From Escherichia coli (GTDB taxonomy: Bacteria; Pseudomonadota; Gammaproteobacteria; Enterobacterales; Enterobacteriaceae), in the NCBI RefSeq assembly GCF_022846255.1, contig NZ_AP025682.1: a stretch of DNA of 64,000 nucleotides, one strand, 5' to 3'. Positions 1-8,763 of this stretch are shown here, in pieces (the first letter of the stretch is position 1; each line of letters opens with the position of its first letter). A program made the position numbers and the translations under genes. Under the pieces are notes generated by a model. That model ran no database searches. It was not told the origin of the DNA and saw only the letters and a program-made list of their open reading frames with translations.

Positions 1-371
1 CGTTGCGAGAAATCATAATAACGGAGGCGGAAAGGATCTTTGATCGCCACAAAAATCTTGCTGGCCACTTGTGCGTAGTCGGGTTCTTCTTGTCCCGGAT
101 AGGCTTCATTGAGGTGCCCAACCAGACATAACTCCGCTTCCTTACGCGTCATTCCAGGCCGGCGCTCGCGGTCAGCATAATAAAGCATGGCGTCAAAGAG
201 ATACATGATTGCCGCCAGCGCATCAAGCTCAACACCATCGAACGGATTTCGCTGAAGGGCGCTATATATTGAATCCAGCGTCCGCACGACCAGCAAGGCG
301 TGAGACTGAATAGACAGCTCACGACGTGCCATTGATTCATTACGAGCCTGCTCCAAAAACCCTAGCGACAT
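1..371 (-). CDS. Hypothetical protein, N-terminal part only (ORF runs off the window start)
   Basis: Minus-strand ATG at 369-371, open frame continuing to position 1 (translation begins MSLGFLEQARNESMARRELS...). Divergent from the 547..1440 gene. Not in the ORF track because it is truncated by the window edge. No family recognised. Confidence 0.35.
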   Translation of the reverse strand, partial: MSLGFLEQARNESMARRELSIQSHALLVVRTLDSIYSALQRNPFDGVELDALAAIMYLFDAMLYYADRERRPGMTRKEAELCLVGHLNEAYPGQEEPDYAQVASKIFVAIKDPFRLRYYDFSQ

Positions 372-546
372 AACATTCTCCCTCTGAGACGGAAGCCACT
401 ATAGTACTCCCCTGCCAATTAAGCAAAGAAACTTTGCTTAATTTTTTTTTATAGCAATGTTATTTGTTTTGATGTCATTCGCCTTCTATACTCAGTCGGT
501 ATATCAAACCGCAATTGATTAACCTGCAAATAAGAATAAAACTGAT

Positions 547-1440
547 ATGTACTACTCAAAGTTTCTTGAGAAACACAAATCCCCCCTCAGCCACGCACAA
601 TGGTTGCGCTTGCGCTATATTGAGCGCCAGCTACTGTGGGAACGAAAAGTCACTTCGCGCATGATTGCTGAAGAGTTTGGCGTCTCGGCGCAACAAGCTC
701 GTACTGATGTAAGAACCTATATGGAGGTCGCTCCAGGCAATGCTATTGAGAAGGGGGCCGGCCGAAAAGGGTATTTCCCCAGTACGACGTTTACGCCTGT
801 TTTGCTGGGAGACAACGATCTGGTCTGGCGTGCGACGGTAGAATTTCAACCGCCGCAAGCGGCCCACGCGCAGGAAATCCCGCTCATCCATCGCGCCGTG
901 CATAGCCGCACGCTGGCAATTTTTTTGTCAGCAATCGAACAGAAAGGACAAGTAAAAGTGACTTATGCGTCAATGGAAAACCCGGAAGGCATATCTCGTA
1001 CACTAAGCCCTACGGTAATTATCACCGTTAACGGGCGTCAGCATGTGCGAGCCTATGACTGGGGAAGTTCGGCGTTTAAGGACTTTGTTTTGGCGCGATT
1101 TCTGGACTCGCCGGAACTGATTGTTCCTGCACCCGCCCCGCCACGCAAAGATACCGCGTGGGAGGTCATAATCCCCGTGCGTTTTATCGCAAATCCAACA
1201 CTAAACAAAGCGCAACAAGAGGTAATTAAGCGGGACTATTTACTTGAACCCTCTGAATTCAACATTCGTGCACCAATGATTTTTTATTTATGCCCTGAAA
1301 ACAATCTGCCTAAAACAGATGATGAATATGCACAAGCTACTGACGCCAGCAGCCACGGCCCCTTTATCTACCCTGTTCTAGCTGTGCACGCCCAAACAGG
1401 GGAGCCTATTCATAAGTACCGCCATGCAGGTGAGAGATAG
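547..1440 (+). CDS. Putative HTH-containing regulator (possibly WYL-type), 297 aa
   Basis: ORF track. N-terminal segment (LRLRYIERQL...RKVTSRMIAEEFGVSAQQARTDVRTY) looks like a winged-helix DNA-binding domain. Family assignment is by eye only. Confidence 0.35.
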   Translation: MYYSKFLEKHKSPLSHAQWLRLRYIERQLLWERKVTSRMIAEEFGVSAQQARTDVRTYMEVAPGNAIEKGAGRKGYFPSTTFTPVLLGDNDLVWRATVEFQPPQAAHAQEIPLIHRAVHSRTLAIFLSAIEQKGQVKVTYASMENPEGISRTLSPTVIITVNGRQHVRAYDWGSSAFKDFVLARFLDSPELIVPAPAPPRKDTAWEVIIPVRFIANPTLNKAQQEVIKRDYLLEPSEFNIRAPMIFYLCPENNLPKTDDEYAQATDASSHGPFIYPVLAVHAQTGEPIHKYRHAGER

Positions 1441-1633
1441 ACATTCTGTTTACTAATAATTTATAGCCATTTTCTGCTCCTGCATCAGAGATATGATGCA
1501 GGAATATTAAATACCAGCCACCTATAAATTATGATTTATTAATTTCTGATTCAGTTAAATCCCTCTGAAAATAGACCCGTTTTAGTTCCATGCATCTTTA
1601 GAAATTCCGACCAAATAATGGGGTCGGCAAACA

Positions 1634-1852
1634 TCTATTTGAGACGTTGGTTCTCATCCTCAAGATCCTTGATTATTTTAATATCAGAAGATTCCATACC
1701 GCCGTATCTGGACTTGCAGTTGTAGTAAGTGGCTTAAGATAAGCCGGCCTCCCGGCAGACATCTTTAACAGTTTGCCCGTATTCAAGCGATTTAATCACG
1801 GCGATAATCTGATTCTCAGTAAAAGGGACTTTACGCATAGCGATCTCCTTCA
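1634..1852 (-). pseudogene. IS3-family (IS2/IS407-like) transposase OrfA remnant, interrupted and truncated
   Basis: Minus-strand translation gives MKEIAMRKVPFTENQIIAVIKSLEYGQTVKDVCREAGLS, then a stop, then ATYYNCKSRYGGMESSDIKIIKDLEDENQRLK in another frame. This matches the conserved OrfA pattern (RFTE.QII..LK..E.G..V.ELCR..G.S..TYY.WK.KYGGM...LK.LEDEN.RLK). No OrfB follows. Confidence 0.55.
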
Positions 1853-1948
1853 TTGGCAGATTGATTATGCCGGAGGATCTCTAAATGTTAATGGCACGAT
1901 TATGCGGGATATTTACAATACCAGTCCAACCCTCAGCTTACTGCAATG

Positions 1949-2818
1949 TCAATCAAGAGGGATGGTCCACATTGACGTATCAAAATCGATCTCTGACCAG
2001 CGAGCAAAACGTAGCTCACTGGAGCGAATAAAGATAAGCAGAGTGAGTTCCGTTGCCCAGCGGGTTAGCGGCCTGCCGGTATAGCCGTCTATTTTCTCAA
2101 GTAACTCAGGGATGCGCTTTAACTCCAGCGCCGGACGATGCTGTCGATTACTGGAAGCAACCGCCCCCGCCATCTCTTGTGCCGGGTTATAATCAATTAA
2201 TCCACTTTGCACTGCATAACGCATGATGGCCGTGGTGCGCTGTTGAAGGCGGGAAGCCACTTCAAAACGTCCAGATTTCTCCACGGCTTTAATGGGAATT
2301 AACAGATCGCGGGTGCCCAGTTCAGCAATATTGCGAGCAACAATTGTTGGGAAGATATTGTCCTCCAGGCTCTTTTTTCCACGATTAGCATGATCTTCCG
2401 ACCATTTTTGGTTGGTTACGAGCCACTCTCTGGCAACCTTCTCGAAAGTAATAATCTCTTTCGCCTGCTCTTCTTTCACAGCACGTTTATGCTCACGAGG
2501 ATCGATACCAGCAGCGACCAGCTTTCTGGCCTCTTCCCTTTTCTTCCGCGCATCCGCCAGCGAAACATCCGGGTAAACGCCGAACGCCATCAAATGTTGT
2601 TTACCACCAAAACGGAAACGAAATCGCCAATACTTTGAACCGCCAGGTTTTACAAGTAAAGACATGCCGTCGCCGTCAACAAGTGAATACTCTTTCTCCT
2701 CAGGTTTTGCAGGACGAACTTTAGTATACGTTAGGGCTATAGTGGTCTTCCTTCCATTGGTATCTCGTGAGTATACAAGCAATATCGAATCGGCAAATAT
2801 ACTTATAAGTATACTCAC
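1949..2818 (-). pseudogene. P4-type tyrosine integrase, N-terminal ~250 aa fragment (no catalytic C-terminus)
   Basis: ORF track protein aligns by eye with the N-terminal two-thirds of the intact integrase at 19593..20840 (GMSLLVKPGGSKYWRFRFRFGGK... vs GMHLLINPNGSKYWRLQYRFGGK...; ...RWSEIDFDTSMWTIP vs ...RWSEIDFENAMWTIP). It ends right after WTIP, the canonical start appears changed (IALTYTKV where MALTDIKV is expected), and the IS remnant lies immediately downstream. Confidence 0.75.
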
Positions 2819-2903
2819 AAGCCTGTTGATGTGGGTTGAGTCAGGTTGACTTCAGTTGAGGAGAAAAGCTGGAAAAGCCTTGCGTAGCGCGGATTTCAGG
2901 CAT

Positions 2904-2926
2904 AAAAAAAGACCTCAGTTGAGGTC
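2904..2926 (-). terminator. Putative rho-independent terminator (hairpin gacctca-gt-tgaggtc with adjacent A7/T7 run)
   Basis: Perfect 7-bp inverted repeat at 2911-2926 preceded by aaaaaaa on the + strand, which is a T-run after the stem on the - strand. Confidence 0.4.
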
Positions 2927-2940
2927 TATTTACATACTTT

Positions 2941-2963
2941 TGGTGCGAAGGCCGGACTCGAAC
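2941..2963. repeat. Direct repeat of the leuX 3' end (attR-like island boundary), 23 bp with a 1-nt deletion
   Basis: tggtgcgaaggccggactcgaac here versus tggtgccgaaggccggactcgaacc at 21030..21054 (reverse complement of the tRNA 3' end including CCA). Similarity stops right after. Confidence 0.8.
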
Positions 2964-3685
2964 ATATTAATTATCCCGTTGTATTTAAGGCTATTTTATC
3001 AAAATCATTATTGAAGTACCATCATTAATACCATCATAGGTATTGTTCTCCTTTGGCAACAGTTCTTTGATATCGAAATACTTTAACGAACTTTTTATGA
3101 CATCATACTTTGAAGAAAAAATCACATACTGATTTTCATCCAGTACATCTTGCAAGACAAGGTATAAAACAGGGACTACGATTAAAAATAGCAAAGTCAT
3201 TCACTAAATGAATTCAAAATCAGTGATGTTCTTATCTGCAAGAATATAATATATTTAAAAGATTATAAGCAATATATAAATAATAATATAGCTTTAAAAA
3301 AACACACATGAATTAGAAGTTAAATACATTAATTAAAGAAACAAATAAGTAAGAATTTTGTTTTTAAATAACTCATGCAAACGCATCGTTTATTTATATT
3401 AAAGGAAAATGATGAAATCCAATCTAAATTTAAATAGCTACATTACAAACGAATAGAAAAAGAAGCATTTTCCATGTTAAACTACTATCTTGGTGAAGAC
3501 AGGGGGTATAGCCTTCTGCGGTAGCCTACGCTCTTCGAATGCAAAGCAAGAAAATAACCTTTATAATCAAATTGTTATGCAATGCGCTTGTAGAGCAAAG
3601 GTATCTTAAACGAATAGGTTTAACAGTTAAAGCCTCTTTACATAGGCTGAACAAGGGCAGTACTTGAAAATGATAAAATTGGGGT

Positions 3686-5371
3686 ATGTTTAAAATTATG
3701 AATGCCCATAGTTTAGAGATGAGAAAAGAGTTAGGAGCATATTATACTCCAAGTGCTCTTAGTCAAGTGATGTCAGATTGGGCAATTAGAAGACCAACTG
3801 ATAAAATACTTGAGCCAAGTTTTGGAGGCTGTGGCTTTTTAGAAAGCTGTGAAAAGAGCCTCATGGAGATAGGCTGCATAAACCCAATGGAAAATTTATT
3901 TGGGGTTGATGTAGACCAAAAAGCCTTTGATACTCTCAAAAAAAAATATGGGCATTTATTAATAAAAAAACATTTCATTTTAAGTGATTTCATTAACGTA
4001 TTTCCAAAAGATTTTGGCATTGAAGATTTTGAGGTTATCATTGGGAACCCTCCTTATATCTCTATGCATAATATGAGTTATGAACAAAGGAAGTCCTGTG
4101 AAAAAGTTTTTGCTGACTCACCTTTTAAAACAAAAACATTAGGACGCAATGCAAGTCTTTGGGGGTTTTTCTTACTCCATGCATTAAGCTTCATTCGAGA
4201 AAATGGACGAATAGCGTGGGTATTACCGAGTAGTTTTTTAAATGCCTATTATGCGAAAGAGCTTATAAGAATTTACAAAAATCATTTTAACCATCTAAAA
4301 ATAATAAAGATAAATGAAAGACTTTTCAAAAATGAAGGTGCCGATGAAATGTCAGTACTTTTTTTATGCGATGAGTTTCACAGGACACCTATCAATAATG
4401 GATACGTTTCAATTGGATTTGCTGACACATTAAATGAACTAACCAGCATAATGACTGGAACTAAAGAAAACAAATTAAATAGCTCTGAAAATTACAAATA
4501 TAATATATTAGATATTGACACATTAAATGTGATATCGTCTATAACAGAACATAAGTACAGTTTAAAAATACAGGATATTGCTGATATAAAGATTGGGATG
4601 GTAACCGGCATGAACAACTTCTTTATATTGGATCAAAATCAAATTTTAAAACATAATTTAGACAATAAACATTTTAGACCAGTTATTTCACGATTTTCAC
4701 ATTTGAAGGGAATTCACCACACATTAAAAAGACATACGAAGTTAATTGCAGACAATAAAAAAGGATTGCTATTACACGTCAGTCCAGATGATTTATATGA
4801 AAAACATAGTCCGTTGAGAAAATATTTATCACAAGTTGATAGAAAAGAACGAGTCAAAAACCGCACATTCAAAAAACGAAAAAAGTGGTTTCAACCAGAT
4901 GATGGTATTTACCCAGACGCATTTTTTTCATATATGGTTCATGAGTTTCCCAGAATGATATTAAATAAAGGGAAAGTTAACTGCACTAACTCAATACATC
5001 GTATCTTTTTCAAAGATATAGCATCTAATAAATTAAAAAAAGCATGTTGCATATCTCTTTTATCAACATTTTCACAACTTTCTGCCGAACTTGAAGGTCG
5101 GTCATATGGCTCAGGTGTGCTAAAAATAGAGCCTACCGCAGGAAAGAACATATCATTCTTAATTAAAGATGATTTAATACACGAGTTAAGCAACTTAAGT
5201 AAAGAAATAGATCAATTGCTTTTAAATAATGAAACAAGCAATGCCACTGCTTTAGTTGATAAGTTTTTTGTTGATAAGGGACTAATTAGCTTAGATGAAT
5301 TGAAAAGTCTTAAAAAAGGGTTATTCAGATTAAGAAAAGATCGATATAAAGGGGTCAAAAATTATGAGTGA
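3686..5371 (+). CDS. N6-adenine DNA methyltransferase, gamma class (TaqI/Eco57I-like), 561 aa with C-terminal extension
   Basis: Motif X GAYYTP near the N-terminus, motif I EPSFGGCGFL (FxGxG AdoMet site), motif IV IIGNPPY, in the X-I-IV order typical of gamma-class amino-methyltransferases. About 300 aa follow the catalytic core, possibly target recognition. ATG with upstream purine-rich stretch. Confidence 0.8.
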   Translation: MFKIMNAHSLEMRKELGAYYTPSALSQVMSDWAIRRPTDKILEPSFGGCGFLESCEKSLMEIGCINPMENLFGVDVDQKAFDTLKKKYGHLLIKKHFILSDFINVFPKDFGIEDFEVIIGNPPYISMHNMSYEQRKSCEKVFADSPFKTKTLGRNASLWGFFLLHALSFIRENGRIAWVLPSSFLNAYYAKELIRIYKNHFNHLKIIKINERLFKNEGADEMSVLFLCDEFHRTPINNGYVSIGFADTLNELTSIMTGTKENKLNSSENYKYNILDIDTLNVISSITEHKYSLKIQDIADIKIGMVTGMNNFFILDQNQILKHNLDNKHFRPVISRFSHLKGIHHTLKRHTKLIADNKKGLLLHVSPDDLYEKHSPLRKYLSQVDRKERVKNRTFKKRKKWFQPDDGIYPDAFFSYMVHEFPRMILNKGKVNCTNSIHRIFFKDIASNKLKKACCISLLSTFSQLSAELEGRSYGSGVLKIEPTAGKNISFLIKDDLIHELSNLSKEIDQLLLNNETSNATALVDKFFVDKGLISLDELKSLKKGLFRLRKDRYKGVKNYE

Positions 5372-7673
5372 AGATATTCTTTTTTTGAAGGATAAGATGA
5401 AAGCCCTCCTGGATAATGAGGCTCTCGATTATGATAAAGTATTAGAAACAGCAGTAAAAATCACCGAAAAAGACAACAACAATATTAGATTTTCTGTAGA
5501 TGCGAATTTAGTTAGAAGATTAGGTGAGCAGTTAGTCGCTAAAAAAACTACTGCTGTCAGTGAATTGGTGAAAAATGCTTATGACGCAGATTCGACATTA
5601 GTAAATGTATATTTCGAATTGAACGAAGCAAATCCTCGAATAGTCATATTCGATGACGGCACAGGTATGTCAAAGGAAGATATTATCAATGGATTCATGC
5701 GAATAAGCACAAGTGAAAAAGAAGATAACTCTGTTTCAGAACGATATCAGAGACTAAGAGCAGGTAGAAAAGGTATTGGGCGTTTTTCTACACAGCGATT
5801 AGGAAATTATTTAAAAATAATTACCAAGCAAGAAAATGAAGAGTTAGGATATTTAATAGAAATTAACTGGCAGCAGTTTTCAAAAAAGAAAAATATATCC
5901 TTCATTGCTAACACTATCTCAAAAATCGATGTGGATTTCATTCATGGAACAAAAATAATAATAGAAGATCTGAATGATAAAGATTGGTCTGATGGGAACA
6001 TAAAAACGGCTTATAAATATATTAAGAGCATTATAAATATTGCCCCAAGCGAGACAGATCCAGGTTTCCAAGTAAAGTTCTATTATAAAAATGCCAATGG
6101 CTATGAATTAGTTGCAGATGAGAAAACTGAAATTTTTTCTGATAGTGATGCTCATATTACAGCAACACTTGAAAATGGAAATGCTGTAGTGAGAGTTAGC
6201 AGTGAAACCCTTGGCATAAAAAATGAAAGCATAGATGTATGGTATGATGAAAAAAATAACATACGAAAATTCTCACATATAAACTCTCCAGTAAAGCTTG
6301 ATGCATACTATTTCTCATTAGCAACAGTTAACTCCAGAAAACAAGCGGCATATTTACGTGAAAATGGCGGAATAAAAATCTATCGAAATGGATTCAAGGT
6401 TTCTCCTTATGGAGAGCAGTATGATGACTGGACGGCTCTTGATGACTCGGTTCGAAGGAGAAAGATATTACCCCCTCATGGTAATCAAAACTTCTTTGGA
6501 CACGTCAAAGTTGAAGACCTAAATGGAATAGACTTTGAAGAAACGTCCTCAAGGGAAGGTCTGATTCATACCGATGCCTTTCAAGAACTTCGCCTCTTTG
6601 TATATAAAGCACTGACGGCTGCGGTAATAAGAATTAGTGAAGCCAGAAATATAAAAATAAATCCAAATGACCGTAGCTATGTTAAAGAAACTAAACCAAC
6701 AATATCAGTCAAAGATAAATTAAATATTGTATCTGAAACGATAAGCTCGGTTAGTAAATTGGTAGATGCAGCAACATCTGTTGATGACGTTTCAAGTGAT
6801 GGTGTCATTAATAACATTGAAGATAAAAGTATAAGAAACAAAATTATTGAAGATCTCCATGAAGCCGCAGATGAGCTAAAACAAGCGAGTGTGATATCTC
6901 AATCTTTAATCGATGAAATTGAGCTTCTTAGAGTGCTTGGCGCTATGGGCCTTGCTATTGGTGAGTTTACACACGAAATAAATTTATCAATAACAAGTTT
7001 GAGTATTAACGTTCAAAACCTTAAACAGTCTAAATTATTAGAGGAAGATAGAGACTCTGCTCTAAATAGCCTTGAAAATAATATTGCAACATTAAAATCA
7101 TTTACTAAATTTTTTGACAGTACTATACGTGAGAATGTAAACAGAAATAAGAAAGTTATTGAGATAAGAGACTCTATTGAGCCATTTTATGAATCGATGA
7201 AACCAATAATAGAACGCAAAGGAATTCAGTTTGCAATACATTATGAAGGTTATGAACTTTTTACGAAGCCGATTCATGTTTCAGAGCTATATTCTGTATT
7301 TATAAATCTCTTTACGAATGCATATAAAGCAATACTTCGTTCTGGAACAAATCCACGAAAAATGTCTTTAACTGCGAAAAAAGATAGTGAAGATATAATT
7401 ATCCGATTCGAAGATAGCGGTGATGGAATTGAACCTGCAAATAGAGAAAGAGTTTTTGAGCCTTTCTATACAACAAGTACACCATCAGGACCTTTTGAAA
7501 GTGATGATTTATCATTAAAAGGAATGGGATTGGGGTTATCAATCGTACGTGATCTCGTTGAATCCATGTCTGCAGAAATATCTATAGTTGATGCATCCGA
7601 TGGTTTTACAACGTGCTTTGAGTTGAGAATTCCAAAAGCTGATGATAAGGAAATACCAGATGACATCTATTAA
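5364..7673 (+). CDS. Dual GHKL ATPase protein: N-terminal MutL/MORC/Hsp90-like ATPase fused to a C-terminal histidine-kinase core (HisKA + HATPase_c), 769 aa, no predicted transmembrane segment
   Basis: N-terminal Bergerat-fold motifs: ELVKNAYDA (N-box), IFDDGTGM (G1), GRKGIGRFS (G2). C-terminal kinase motifs: H-box GEFTHEINLSITSL, N-box INLFTNAYKA, G1 EDSGDGI, F-box FEPFYTT, G2 GMGLGLSIV. Start overlaps the methyltransferase stop by 8 nt. Confidence 0.7.
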   Translation: MSEDILFLKDKMKALLDNEALDYDKVLETAVKITEKDNNNIRFSVDANLVRRLGEQLVAKKTTAVSELVKNAYDADSTLVNVYFELNEANPRIVIFDDGTGMSKEDIINGFMRISTSEKEDNSVSERYQRLRAGRKGIGRFSTQRLGNYLKIITKQENEELGYLIEINWQQFSKKKNISFIANTISKIDVDFIHGTKIIIEDLNDKDWSDGNIKTAYKYIKSIINIAPSETDPGFQVKFYYKNANGYELVADEKTEIFSDSDAHITATLENGNAVVRVSSETLGIKNESIDVWYDEKNNIRKFSHINSPVKLDAYYFSLATVNSRKQAAYLRENGGIKIYRNGFKVSPYGEQYDDWTALDDSVRRRKILPPHGNQNFFGHVKVEDLNGIDFEETSSREGLIHTDAFQELRLFVYKALTAAVIRISEARNIKINPNDRSYVKETKPTISVKDKLNIVSETISSVSKLVDAATSVDDVSSDGVINNIEDKSIRNKIIEDLHEAADELKQASVISQSLIDEIELLRVLGAMGLAIGEFTHEINLSITSLSINVQNLKQSKLLEEDRDSALNSLENNIATLKSFTKFFDSTIRENVNRNKKVIEIRDSIEPFYESMKPIIERKGIQFAIHYEGYELFTKPIHVSELYSVFINLFTNAYKAILRSGTNPRKMSLTAKKDSEDIIIRFEDSGDGIEPANRERVFEPFYTTSTPSGPFESDDLSLKGMGLGLSIVRDLVESMSAEISIVDASDGFTTCFELRIPKADDKEIPDDIY

Positions 7674-8763
7674 CCTACTTTATATCGATGATGATCAGCC
7701 TCAGCAAGTAAAGGGTTTAATTGAAGCAATAATCAGTAAAGCGAGTTTTGATTTAAATATAACTCATAAACCGCCGACGAAAATGAGTGAAATAGCCATA
7801 GAGTTGAGACAAGGTTATGATGGTATCATCATAGATCAAAAACTTGACAGCTTTGTTGAGGGAGTAGAACCAGTTGATTACTTTGGTGCCGCGTTAGCAC
7901 AAAATTTGCGAACACTCATGGCGGGTAAGTCAGATAATATATCTTATAAGCCAATAATTTTACTCTCTCTCGAAAGCTTATTAATTGAATATTATAATCC
8001 CGATTCAAGCTCGCATGATCTATTTGATTTAGTTTTGAGTAAAAGCATATTAGAACAACCAGAATTGTTAGAAAAAAAAGTTCACTTAATAAAATCTATT
8101 GTGAATGCTTACAAACGTGCACATTCGGAAGACTCGTTATATCAATTGCTTTCTCTGAGCAGTAATTATTCATTGCTTGATAAAAGATTTGAAATATATA
8201 TTTCTCAGTATGATAAAGATATACATAAGCTCGTCACATCCATACACTCCACACTTCTGAGAAGTAGTGGCATGTTAGTTTCTGAGATAACTTTGGCAAC
8301 CAGACTGGGTATTAATATTGAAGAATCGCCAGACTGGCACCAAGTAATTGGGCACCTTGAGGAATATAAATACAATGGCATATTCTCTGATTATTATAAA
8401 AGATGGTGGTGGGCAGATGTAGAGTTGTGGATAAATAAAAAGCTTAACTGCCCAATAATTAAAGGATTAACCTCAGAAAAAAGAGTGGAGATCATCAAAG
8501 AAAAACTTGGCTTAGAACGATTGATGCCAATTCATAGCGTACATCCAGGCCAAAGCACCAAGTTTTGGGTTAATTGTATCATCAGTAAAGAACCTCTTGA
8601 TACAATAGATGCTCTTCGTGCATCATCTATGGAATTAAAACCTTGGGAAGATGATAAATACCTTTCAATTAAAACAGTGTTAGAGAGACGGGCCGAAAAA
8701 TATAAAGTACATCCAGAAGATAGAACAAAATTGGATCGAATTCGGGCGAGGTTTAAATTATAA
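7660..8763 (+). CDS. Receiver (REC)-like domain protein with ~250-aa C-terminal domain of unknown function
   Basis: Start placed at the second ATG (7660), which has an AAGGA site 7 nt upstream; the ORF track starts at 7642. N-terminus LLYIDDD (acidic pocket), GIIIDQKL (candidate phospho-acceptor Asp) and KPIILLS fit a CheY-like receiver. Overlaps the kinase-like gene by 14 nt. Confidence 0.5.
   Translation: MTSINLLYIDDDQPQQVKGLIEAIISKASFDLNITHKPPTKMSEIAIELRQGYDGIIIDQKLDSFVEGVEPVDYFGAALAQNLRTLMAGKSDNISYKPIILLSLESLLIEYYNPDSSSHDLFDLVLSKSILEQPELLEKKVHLIKSIVNAYKRAHSEDSLYQLLSLSSNYSLLDKRFEIYISQYDKDIHKLVTSIHSTLLRSSGMLVSEITLATRLGINIEESPDWHQVIGHLEEYKYNGIFSDYYKRWWWADVELWINKKLNCPIIKGLTSEKRVEIIKEKLGLERLMPIHSVHPGQSTKFWVNCIISKEPLDTIDALRASSMELKPWEDDKYLSIKTVLERRAEKYKVHPEDRTKLDRIRARFKL

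Noticed and set aside
1773..2084. 103-aa plus-strand ORF
   Set aside because: It overlaps the antisense strand of the IS OrfA remnant and the integrase fragment; no support as a gene.
2991..3200. 69-aa minus-strand ORF just inside the island boundary
   Set aside because: Very AT-rich, no ribosome-binding site or motif support; could equally be non-coding leader, so not called as a gene.
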